From positions 112,966,001 to 113,030,000 of the forward strand of contig NC_086097.1 in NCBI RefSeq assembly GCF_963921235.1: 64,000 bases of DNA, given 5' to 3'. The stretch's first letter is position 1. Every line of letters starts with the position of its first letter. Positions 25,490 to 36,534 of the stretch are shown here, one piece after another. The position numbers were made by a program, and so were the translations under genes. Under the pieces are notes generated by a model. It saw only the letters and a program-made list of their open reading frames with translations. It had not been told where the DNA came from and searched no databases. This stretch comes from Mobula hypostoma. Lineage: Eukaryota.

Positions 25490-27515
25490 GGAGGTAGGAG
25501 CCCTTGGGTTAGCTTGTCCAGGGATCGGAGCCCTAGAGTTTGTGAGACCTGTCCAGGGACTGGAGGATGTAGGCCTGAGAGTCTGAGAATCAAGCTCCTT
25601 TCAGGCATCATAGCCAGCAAGCTGAAGGAACACGTGTGTAAATTCCTGAGCACTGCTCAGAGGGGGTTGGTAATGGAAACAGAGGCTCCAAGCACCAACT
25701 ACTGGTAGACAAAGCTGTCATGCGAGACTCCAAGACCAGGCAAACCAACCTAAGCACAGCCTGGATCAACTACAGGAGAGCATATGACACAATGCCCCAC
25801 ATGTGGATCCTGGAATGCCTGTCTCTGTACAAGGTTAACAAGCACTAAGGACCTTCATCAAGATCTCAATGGGCTTTTGGAGGACAATGCTAGAGTTAGC
25901 TCAAAGCCAATAGCACCATCAGATGTGGAATATACCAGGGTGATGCACTCTCCCCACTGCTGTTCTTCATAGGCTTGAACCCCCTCAGCCCAATCATCTC
26001 AAAGAGTTACTATGGGTACAGGTTCAAGAGTGGAGTGAACATCAGCCACCTGGACATGGACGACATCATGCTGTATGTCAGAAAGGAAAGGGACATTGAC
26101 TCACTAATCCACCTGACAAGGGTGCATAGCAGAGATGTCATTTGAGCTGGAAAAGTGCAGCCGGGTGATAGTGAAAAGAGGCAAACTCATCAGGACTGAA
26201 GGAGTCGAGTTACCTGAAGGCCACATACCAGATGTACAGGACAGATACAAATACCTGGGGATCCTGCAGGTGCATGGAAACCACAATGAGGACACAAGGA
26301 AGGCTGCAACATCCAAGTACCTCCAAAGAGCAAGACAGGTCCTAAAAAGCCAGCTGAATGGGAAGAACAAGATCAGAGCCATCTACACATGCGCCCTACC
26401 AGTCATCAGATATCCAGCTGCATGTGCTAGCCAAGCAACGAACCGGAAGCCCCTGACATCAAGGCCAGGAGACTACTAGCAATACATAGAGGATTCCTTC
26501 TGAAATCCAATGTCAAGTCACTGTACACTCGCTGGAATAAAGGAGGACGGGGACTTGGAAGTGTCAAGGCCACAGTCCCGGAAGAAGTGCAAAACATCGA
26601 TGAGTATGTCAGGAAGAAGGCTCCTAAGGAGAATACCTCAGAGAGCAGGCAGGGGATATGGAAGTGGAAGTGGGTGAAGCAGAGCCAGAGGCCCAGAGGC
26701 TATGGCAGGGCAAGCCACTGCACGGGATGTACCACCGCCAGATATCAGAGGTGGCTAGCATAAGAAAGTCCTACCAATGGCTGGAAATGGCAGGGCTGAG
26801 GGATAGCACAGAAGCACTGCTCATGGCTGCCCAAGAACAGGTACTGAGCATAAGAGCATCGAAGCAGGAGTCTATCACAGCAGACAAGACCCAAGATGCA
26901 GACTGTGCAAGAAATCAGCTGAAACCATCCAGCACATAGTAACAGGGTGCAAGAATCAAAGCAGGGACAGCACACACTGAATGGCACAACTAAGTTGTAG
27001 GAATTGTGTACAGGAACATCTGCACTGAGTATGGATTGGACACTCCCAAGTTCAAATGGGAAACACCTCAGAAGGCAGTGGAGAATGACAGAGCTAAGAT
27101 CCTGTGCGACTATCAAACACAGACTGATAAGCAGGTACTGGCCAACCAACCAGACATTGTAATACTGGACAAGGAACAGAAGAGAGCAATAGTAATAGAT
27201 GTGGCAATCACAAATGACAGTAACATCAGGAAGAAAGACTATGAGAAGCTGGAGAAAGACCAGGGCTTGAAAGAGCAGATAGAAAGGATGTGTAAGGTTA
27301 AAGCCAGAGTAATCCTGGTGGTGGTAGGAGCACTTGAATCTGTGACACTTGGATGGGGAGAGTGGCTCCAACAAATCCCAGGAACACCATCTGAGATTAC
27401 TGTCCAGAAGAGCACACTGCTGTGAATTGCAAGGATACTGAGCAGAACCCTCAAGCTCCCAGGCCTCTGGGAGAAGGACCTGAGTTTGAGGGAATAATAC
27501 ACATTAACAACACCT
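25490..27515 (+). mobile_element. R4/Dong-clade (Rex6-like) non-LTR retrotransposon with restriction-like endonuclease, decayed
   Basis: RT motifs (AWINYRRAYD, GIYQGDALSPLL, MDDI, YKYLGI), then WQGKPLHGMY, AAQEQVL, CCHC knuckle remnant (CRLC..ETIQHIV.GC), RHN-like motif and PD-(D/E)xK nuclease ANQPDIV..DK..AIVIDVAI..D.NI..K..EK. Confidence 0.85.
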
Positions 27516-27524
27516 GTAAGGGAT

Positions 27525-28160
27525 GAGAAAATTATGTATATACATAAAATAGTGAAATAAGTAGTGCAAAAATAAAAATAAAAATGTAGTGAGATAGTGT
27601 CCATTCAGAAATCGGATGGCAGAGGGGAAGAAGCTGTTCCTGAATCATTGAGTGTGTGCCTGGTGGCGCAGTGGAATCAGCACTGGACTTCGGAGCAAAG
27701 GCTCCCGAGTTCGAATCCAAGTCAGGCCACCCCCCCGAGCACGCTTTCCGTCCGTGCCGGGTTGAGCATTGAGCTAGCCACTCGGCCTCATAAAAAACAA
27801 AGGTTGAGTCAGGAACGTTCATATCGTGACCCGGTTAATCCGAAAGGAGACCAATCCTGACACCACGCGCCAGACAAGAATGGTTGACTGTCTAGTGCGA
27901 CACGCTAAAGGAAGGCTCCTGTACATCCTTCTTAATGGTAGTGATGAGAAGAGGGCATGCCCTGGCTGATGGGGTGTTTAATGATGGATCCCTCCTTTTA
28001 GAGGCTTCTCAAAGATATCCTGGATACTACAGAGACTAGTGCCCATGATGGAGCTGACTAAGTTCGCAACTTTCTACAGCTTCTTTGGATCCTGTAGTAG
28101 CCCCCAGCCCCCAAACCAGATGGTGATGCAGCCAGTTAGAATGCTCTCTACATCTATAGA
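27525..28160 (-). mobile_element. Rex/Babar-type 3' fragment interrupted by a SINE
   Basis: Family 3' sequence resumes (aggctcctgtac) after the SINE at ~27912. Confidence 0.7.
27657..27912 (+). mobile_element. Young tRNA-derived SINE
   Basis: Pol III A box tggcgcagtgg and B box gttcgaatcc; CpG-rich body; ends gcgacacgctaaagga. Confidence 0.8.
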
Positions 28161-28784
28161 AATTTGGCTTTGTGTGTGAGAAATCTTCTCTCACAAATGT
28201 AATTGAGTTTTTTTTTAAGATGTTGCCTACGTTGGATTTTTGAGCAAGGCTTTTGGCATGGCAGACTGATGCAAAATGTGAGATCTTATGCAATCCAGAG
28301 TGAGCTAGCCAGTGGGATACAAAATTGACTTGGTGAAAGAAGTCGGAGGGTAGTAATGGTGTGTTGCTTCTCCAAACTGAAGTCCAATGACCAGTTGTGG
28401 GCCACAAAGATCTGTTCTGGGTCCTCTGCTGTTTGTCATATACACTTAGTGGCCACTTTATTAGGTACACCTGCACAATTGCTCATTAATACAAATATCT
28501 AATTAGCCAATCATGTGGCAGCAACTCAATGCATAAAAGCATGCAGACATGGTCAAGGGGTTCAGTTGTTGTTCAGAACAAACATCAGAATGGGGAAGAA
28601 ACGTGATCTAAATGATTTTGACTGTGGACTGATTGTTGGTGCCAGTCGGGCTGGTTTGAGTATTTCAGAAACTGCTGATCTCCTGTTAATATCACGCATA
28701 ACATTCTCTGGAATTTACAGAGAATGGTGTGTGAAAAAACATCCAGTGAGCAGCAGCTCTGCAGGCAAAAATGCCTTGTTAATA

Positions 28785-29978
28785 AGAATTGAATTGACTT
28801 TATTGCTTAAATCCTTCATATACATGAGGAATCAAAATCTTTACATTACATCTCCATCAAAATGTGCAATGTGCAACTTAGAACATAGAAACATAGAAAA
28901 CCTACAGCACAATACAGGCCCCTCAGCCCACAAAGCTGTGCCAAACATGTCCTTACCTTAGAAATTACCTACGGTTAACCATAGCCCTCTATTTTTCTAA
29001 ACTCCATGTACCTATCTAGGAGTCTCTTAAAAGACCCTATCGCATCCATTTCCACCACCGTCGCCGGCAGCCCATTCCACGCACTCACCAACCTCTGCAC
29101 AAAAACTTACCCTGGACATGTCCTCTGTACCTGCTTCCAAACACCTTAAAACTGTGCCCTTTCATGCTAGCCATTTCAGCCCTGGGAAAAAGCCTCTGAC
29201 TCGCTACATGATCAATTCCTCTCATCATCTTGTACACCTCTATCAGGTCACCTCTCATGCTCCGTTACTCCAAGGAGAAAAGGCCAAGTTCACTCAACTT
29301 ATTCTCATAAGGTATGGTCCACAATCCAGGCAACATCCTTGTAAATCTCCTCTGCACCCTTTCTATGGTTTCCACATCCTTTCTGTAGTGAGGCGACCAG
29401 AACTGAGCACAGTACTCCAGGTGGGGTCTGACCAGTGTCCTATATAGCTGCAACATAACCTTTCAGTTCTTAAACTCAATCCCATGATTGATGAAGGCCA
29501 ATGTACCATATGACTTCTTACTCACAGGGTCAACCTGCACAGCAGCTTTGAGTGTCCTATGGACTCGGACCCCAAGATCTCTTTGATCCTCCACACTGCC
29601 AAGAGTCTTACCATTAATACTATATTCTGCCATGTTCCAGCTGCTACCAAAATGAACCACTTCACACTTACACTTATAGCAATTTATAATAAATATTATG
29701 TACAACAGGATGGTCAATATAACATAGAAATACAGTTGTGTCAACATGAATTAAGTAGTTAATGTCTGGTGGAAGAAGCTGTGCTGGAGCCTGTTGGTTG
29801 AGGCTTTTATATTGCGGTATCGTTTCCCAGATGGTAGCAGCTGGAACAGATTGTGGTTGGGGTGACTCGGGTCTCCAATGATCCTTTGATCCCTTTTTAC
29901 ACACCTATCTTTGTAAATGTCCTGAGTAGTGGGAAGTTCATGTTTACAGGTGCACTGGGCTGTTTGCACCACTCTCTG
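28785..29978 (-). mobile_element. Rex/Babar 3' fragment, itself split by a CR1 (28877-29667)
   Basis: aattgaattgac tail at left; IIGDPSHPNHNLFQLLPSGKRYRNI at right. Confidence 0.8.
28877..29667 (-). mobile_element. CR1 LINE 3' fragment
   Basis: (tagaaaca)n tail; [32 protein letters not shown]. Confidence 0.9.
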
Positions 29979-31164
29979 CAGAGGTCAAAGGAGAATGGCC
30001 AGACTCATTCAAGCTGATAGGAGGTTGACATGTGTTTCAACAGTGGTGTGCAAAAGAGCATCTTTGAATGCACAACACGTTGAATCTTGTACTGGATGGG
30101 CTATAGCAGCAGAAGACCAGGAACATACACTGAGTGGCTATTTTATTAAGTATGAGGTAACTAATAAAATAGTCAGTGAGTGTATAGTTAAAAATTTGGA
30201 TGAACATGTTGGTGGCTCAATTTGTAAGTTTGCAGGTAACACCAAAATTGGTAGTGTGATGGCCAATGAAGGTTGCCTAAGGTTACAACAGGATCTGGAT
30301 CAATTGCCAAAAATGAGCAAAGGAATTGCAGATGGAATGCAACGAGGTTGAGCACTTCGGGAAGTTCAACCAGGGCAGAAATTTCATTGGAAAATGACAG
30401 GACATTGTGGAGTATTATAGAACAGAGACACCTAGAGGCAGAAGTACATAACTCTCTGAAAGTGGTGTTACAAACAGAGAAATAGTTGAAAACAAGCTTG
30501 CTATATATTGTCTTATCAGATAGAGATTCTAGTACAAAAATTGGGACATTATGTTACAACTCTACAGAACATAGGTGAGGCTGCATCTGCAATACTGTGT
30601 GGAATCCTGGTCGCTATACAACAGGAAGGATGTGATTCTGTTAGAGAAGGCACAGAAAAACTTCACAAGAATGTTGCCAGGACTGGAGGACTTGAGAGGT
30701 GAGGAGAGCCTGGATAGGCTGTGACTATTCAGTCTCTTTGCAGTGAAGTAGGCTGAGGAGTGACCTCAAAGGTTTATAAAATCATGAGGGGTTTAGGTAA
30801 GGTAAATGTCATCATCTTTTTTCCCCCAGGGTAGGAGAGTCTGAAACTAGTGGCCATAAATTTAAGGTAAAACTAGAAAGATTTTAATAGGAATCTGAGG
30901 GCAGGTTCTTTCCACACAGAGGATGGTGGTATATGGAATGAGCTGTAAGAGTCAGGTGCAATTACAACATATAAAAGATATTGGGACAGGCACATGGATG
31001 GGACATTTTTAGAGGATATGGGTAAGGTGCAGACAAGTTACACTAGCTCATTGAGGCACTTTGGACACGAGTTGAAGGGCTTGGTTCTATGTTGACTTCA
31101 TGAAGGAATAAGTTGAAATATATTTCTTACTGTAATTTATAGTTTTTATGTATTGCATTGTATT

Positions 31165-31660
31165 GCAGAAGGCCCGAATCCTCGGCTTTGCTTGTTTCAG
31201 CGGCCGGGACGAGGTCGAAGGCGCTTGGCAGAGGATGGCGCTTGGGAGGCTGTATTGGAGGGGCTGGTCATAGGCTCAAAGTTTTTGGATGGACGGACTC
31301 AGTGTCGGCTGTGGTCGGCTGCTTCCAAGGCATCGGCAAGTTGACGGTGCCTGGAGGTTTATGGCAGGGAGTTTCTCCCTTTTGCCGCCTGCTATCGGGG
31401 ACTCGGGAGTCGGTCGACTCGGAGACTTTGAGACTTTTTTTTACCGTGCCCATGGTTTGTTCTTCATCAAATTACGGTATTGCTTTGCACTGCTGTAACT
31501 ATATGTTATAATTATGTGGTTCTGTCAGTGTTAGTCTTTCGTTTGTCCTGTTTTCTGTGATATCACTCTGGAGAAACATTGTATCATTTCTTAATGCAAG
31601 TCTGCATTTCTAAATGACAATAAAAGAGGACTGAGTGTTCTCATAACCTAAAAAAAAATT
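31165..31660 (+). mobile_element. Young retroposon 3' segment (family unassigned) inserted in a Rex tail
   Basis: CpG-rich 5' part, aataaa, A-tail; host repeat resumes ctgccacaaaacaacaaatttcacg. Confidence 0.5.
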
Positions 31661-32344
31661 CTGCCACAAAACAACAAATTTCACGACATATGCCAGCAAT
31701 ATTAAACTTGATTCTGATTCTGATTCCGCACTGGCAATTAAATAAACTTCAAGGCATTAACTGTTGTATTGACACTGCCGTGTTTTTTGGAGCAAGATCT
31801 TAAAAATACCTCAAAGCACAAAGATACAAGTTTCCACAAACTTCCGAGCACAATAAAAAGTATAATAATGTCATGCATGCATGATGCAAATATTGAGATA
31901 AAATCAGAACTATTTAAAGATAAGGCATGAAATAAAACATGGGGAGGAGGAACAATTACACTTAAGTTCCTGTCTGGAGACAGATATAAGCAATAGGCTT
32001 TACTGCTTATAACCTTAATTGTTTCTGCCGTGAGATCATGTTTTGGGGCCATGCTATATCACTGGAAAACTCACCTTCTGATAGCTTTGCTGACTTCATA
32101 AGGATTAAATTTCATACTTTTACTTGGACAAACAATGATAATGTATAATCTTTGCAGTGTGCCTTCATTTTGCAGTTGTGTGGTACCTAAACATTGTTCA
32201 TATTCAAGCCATTAAGTATCAGATTACACTTCTTTTCAATATAGATTAGATTTACTGCAAAGAACAAAAGGAAATGTCATCTAATCCTGCTAATGTGGCA
32301 GACAACATAGAAAATAAATGCATTCCAAGTGTTGTTAAGAAAAA

Positions 32345-32630
32345 TGGGTGGCAAGGTTAACACAATTGCTTTACAGCACAGTTGATCAGCAATCTGTTTC
32401 AATTCCTGCCACTGCCTGTACGGACATTGTACGTTCTCCGCATGACCACATCTGGGTACTCCAGCTTCCTCTCACATTCCAAAGGTGCATGGGTTAAGGT
32501 TAGCAAATCGTGGGCATGCCTTGTTGGCAGCACTTTGTGACACACACAATCCTCACTGATTTAATGCAAATGATGGATTTCACCATAACATATGTTTTAA
32601 TGTATATTTGACAAATAATGTTAATCTTTA
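32345..32630 (+). mobile_element. V-SINE (HE1-like)
   Basis: Degenerate tRNA head and V-domain gggtactccagcttcctctcacattccaaag. Confidence 0.7.
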
Positions 32631-33502
32631 AAATTAAAACTGATTGAATGCTTGAACATCATTTCTGGAGTGTGGAGATTGATAGCTTACTGCATATGTA
32701 ATAAAGCTACATTAATTTTGGGTTACTAACGTTTTTTACAGTTGTGAAATAATAAACACTTTGATATCTAATTAGCCTATTTCCTACTTAAATATTGACC
32801 ATTTTCAAAAGTTTTTTGTAAAGTTAAAGAGGAAGATGATATAATGGATGAGTTTCTCTTTTCCATCACTTGATACAGTCCTAAATTGTTAATCACCGGC
32901 TGCTGTTCTTTCCTTGCAGTGGTCCTGGTTCTTAAGTACGTTCTGCAAACACTATTACATTGCTGAGATGCACAAAGAATTCAAGATGTGTGGGGTAGAA
33001 AGACAAATATCACATCTGTAAGTAAAAGATTTTTCTTTTTTTCTGCTGTTAATTTGATTAACAGATCAGCAAATCTAACTATAAAAGCAGAACATAGAAA
33101 TCAGAAAAGGGTGATAACCTTGATGGGATTATACTTCAGGCATTCAAATGATCAACAGGATTTGGAAGAACAAATATGCAGACAAATAGTAGTAGATTTT
33201 GAAAGCAGTTGTAAGTGATATTAAGCTTCCAAAAAAGCAAATGTGATAGTTTTAGTGTGATGAGACTGAATGTGGTGGAATTTGTTAAATACTTCCAACA
33301 AGGGTGTTAAAGCAGTATGCACTAGGGAGGGAGGTGTGCTCAACTTTATTTTAGGGATTGAGTATCAGCAAAAAGTGAAATTATCTGCAGAAGAAATTTT
33401 ACAGTGACCACAGTTTAGTAAGCATTAAGTAGTCATGGAAACGGACAAGCTTGGACCTAGAGAAGGTCTTGAGTAACACACACAAACTTTGGAAGAACAA
33501 AG

Positions 33503-33538
33503 AATCGATGTTTCAGTCCAAAATCCTTCATCAGGATT
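33503..33538 (-). ncRNA. Hammerhead ribozyme motif (PLE), degenerate stem II
   Basis: aatc-CTGATGA-aggattttggact-GAAA-catc-gatt; stem I aatc/gatt still pairs where the family has agtc/gact. Confidence 0.6.
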
Positions 33539-35797
33539 GGCAAGGTCTTAAAACAGGGGAAAGCTGACTTCAGTAGTGTAAGAGAGGGTAGGGAGAATAT
33601 AGATCAGAGGCAGCAGCTAAAAGGTAAAACAGCATCCGATAAGAGCGAAGTGTTTAAAGGTGAATTAGTAAGAGCACAGAGCCAGCATGAACCTGTAAAA
33701 GGTAAGAAGCAAAGTTTAAGAAATTTTGGTTAACAAACAAAATTAAAAGTTTGATCCAAATGTCAGATTTAGGAATTTGTTATTAAGTGTGTTTTTTGAG
33801 ATTTATAGAAGATACAAGAAATTTTAAGAAAGCAGTTAAGATGAAAAATTGGACATGAAATCGCATTGACCAACAGAATTAAAGGGTATTTCAAAAACTT
33901 TAATAACTTTATTATAAGCATGGGGATAGCTAGGGGAAGAGTAGGCCCACTCAGGGACAAAAAGAGTAGACTTTGTTCAGAGCCAGGAATATTTGTAGTG
34001 TCCTTAATTATCACTCTTCACCAGGGAGAAGGATGGGGAGGATGGAGAGTTAGGGGAGGTGCAGAGTTTGTATTCAGTTTACTAAGAAGGAGGAAGCTTC
34101 AGAGAATATTGGGGCATATTAAGGTGGGAAAATTCCTAGGGTTAAATTAAATCTATCCCAAAGTGTTACTGGAAACGAAAAGAGATTGTTAGGACTCTGT
34201 AGATTTTTGCAACATCTTTAGCCTTAGGTGAGGTACTGGAAGCCTGAAGGCAACTAATATTGTTCCCATATTTAAAGAGGACAGTAGTGAGAGTCAAGAA
34301 ACTACAGTACATGAGTTTTACACAAGTACAGTAGCAGGGAAGTTATTATATTGAAAAACGTTGTTAGGGATAAGATTTCTGATCATGGGAAAGGCAGACA
34401 CTCACTGGGGGGGGTCAACATTGGTCCTTTGGAAATCCTGACCTGAGTTTGTTTGAGGATGAGGAGGCGACCGAGAAAATTGATGAAAGAAAGATATGAT
34501 ATATATGGACAGTAACAAGGCTTTTGACAAGGTCCAGCATGGAAGGCTTTGTGGTGAACTGGACCCAAAATTGATGGTGATAGGAAGCAAAGGGTTGTTT
34601 CTCTGACGGGAATTCTGTAACCTGTGGCATGTGTTGGGATGTTTATTGTTTGTCAACATACATACCAATGACCTCGATGAGAATGCCTGTGGTCTGCCAG
34701 TGACATAATGATTACCAAGGTTGAAGGTAGCAAAGAAGGTAGCCTAAGGATACAGAGGTACATAGATCAGCTGGAATGTAGGGCAAAGTATGAGCAGGTG
34801 GAATTTAATCCAGACAAGTGTGAGATAGTGTATTCTGGGTCACTAGTTCTGGCCAGACATACGCAGTAAACAGCAGAGACCTTAAGTTAATGTACAGAGT
34901 GACCTTGGGTGCAAATTTATATCTCCTTGAAAAGTGACAAAGGTGGACAGGTAAATTGATATATTATTGTCACATGTACCATTACATGGAAAAACTTGTA
35001 CGTATATCACTGACACAGATCAATTCAGAAGAACAGTGTATTGAGGTATAGTTCAAGCGAAAACAATAACAGTACAGAGTAAAACAATGCAGTTGCAGAG
35101 AAAGTGCGGTACAGCTAGGCAGTAAGGTACAAGGTCAAAGTGAGGTGGATTGTGAGGTCAAGGGTCCATCTCTTTGCACTATGGAACCGTTAACTGTCCT
35201 CAATAGTGGCATAGAAGCTGTCATTGAACTTGGTAGTACATGCTTTCAGGCTTTTGTATCTTCTGCCCGAATTGGAGGGGTAGGGAGGAGAAGAGAGAAT
35301 TTCTGGGGTGGGTGGTGACAGGAACTCACAAAGACCATCACATCTCTGTACCACAAAGTGCTGATTAGGAAGCAGAACTCCCCGCTTCTAGCTTTGCCCG
35401 AGGATGCGACACGTTCCCTCCAGTGAATTGAGAAGCCCTCAGGTTGTATGTGGCTTGTAGCATGCATGCCTTCACAGGCAGGCATATTGACAATGGGATG
35501 TGGTGCAGCTGCACAGAACATTGGTTAGGCCACACCTGGAATACTGTGCGCAGTTCTAGTCATCACACTGACAGACTGCTGCAAAGAGTGCAAGAGATTC
35601 ACCAAGATGTTCCCTGGGATGGAGAGCATTCATTACAAGAAGAAATTGGATAGACTGGAATTGTCCCCACTGGAGCTCAGGCTGAGGTGTGACCTTGCAG
35701 AGATTTATAACAATTGTGAGGGGATTGCAGATAGGATAGATAGTCACCGTCTTTTCTCAAGGGTATGGGATTCAAAAATTAGAGGTCACTGTATAAC

Positions 35798-36017
35798 GTC
35801 GTCGACTCAGACCATGAGAGGCCTGCTTCGGGCATTTTCATGCCTTACAAGGCGCAGACTGGAAGTCTGTGTGGGGCACCACTCCTCGCACAGACACTAG
35901 AGCAATGTGTGATTAAGTGCCTTGCTCAAGGGCACAAACACGCTGCCACAGCTGAGGCTTGAACTAGCGACCTTGCGATCACTAGACGAACGCCTTAACC
36001 ATTTAGCCACGTGCCCA
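35798..36017 (-). mobile_element. Young tRNA-SINE with CORE/Meta-like central domain and RTE-like tail
   Basis: A box gtggctaaatgg, B box gttcaagcc, central gtgcccttgagcaaggcacttaa; 11-bp TSD cactgtataac (35787-35797 / 36018-36028). Confidence 0.85.
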
Positions 36018-36534
36018 CACTGTATAACAGCCAATTCTAACCAAACCAGTTATACATGTATGATGCTCCCTCAACTCCAATAATGATTATTCCAAAGTCA
36101 AAGATATGTATTCGATCCTTTACTAGCAAATAGCAAACGCGTAATCTTGAAGCGATGAAACTGAGTGAAATTAAGTGTAGTTGAGCGAAATAAAGTATAA
36201 TTGAGCAGTCAACTAAAAATATGATATCCGTCAGTCCCTAGCTGCACTAAGGCGTAACTCATTCTCTTCACTTTTACCATGCTCCCACTCACATGACTAG
36301 TCACCATCGTAAACATAATAAAGGTGCAACACAGAATACAGCGCAGATAGAGAGCCAATGCATGGCTTCAACACATGGGTTTAGGGTGAAAGAAGAAATA
36401 TTTAGTGGAGATCTACAGGGCAGGTTTTCCTCCACTGATGGTGGTAGGTATTTGGAAAAAGCTGCCAGAAGAAATGGCAGAGGCAAGTATAATCCCCTCA
36501 TTTAAAAAAAAACACCTGGACAGGTACAGGAATT

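Larger units (their letters stand above)
28443..30182 (+). mobile_element. Tc1/mariner-derived non-autonomous element (parts 28443-~28784 and ~29979-30182)
   Basis: TA|cacttagtggccactttattaggtac ... ctaataaaatagtcagtgagtg|TA termini; transposase N-terminal HTH MGKKRDLNDFDCGLIVGASRAGLSISETADLL. Confidence 0.85.
28215..31100 (+). mobile_element. Old CR1 LINE split by nested insertions (CR1 parts ~28215-28442 and 30183-31100)
   Basis: SVLGPLLFVIY ends at the Tc1 TA and resumes ..NLDE..ICKFAGNTKIG after it. Confidence 0.8.
33070..36530 (+). mobile_element. Old, long, heavily decayed CR1 ORF2 with several nested inserts; 3' end continues at 38743-38870
   Basis: MGLYFRH.N (endonuclease), RGRVGPLRD, KAFDKV, ggccacacctggaatactgtg (RPHLEYC-like). 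Confidence 0.8.

Noticed and set aside
27657..27730. tRNA gene
   Set aside because: A/B boxes run into a SINE body; no acceptor stem closure or T-run terminator.
35790..36372. TG...CA-bounded insert in the old CR1 as a solo LTR
   Set aside because: No convincing TSD or second copy in the window; left unassigned.
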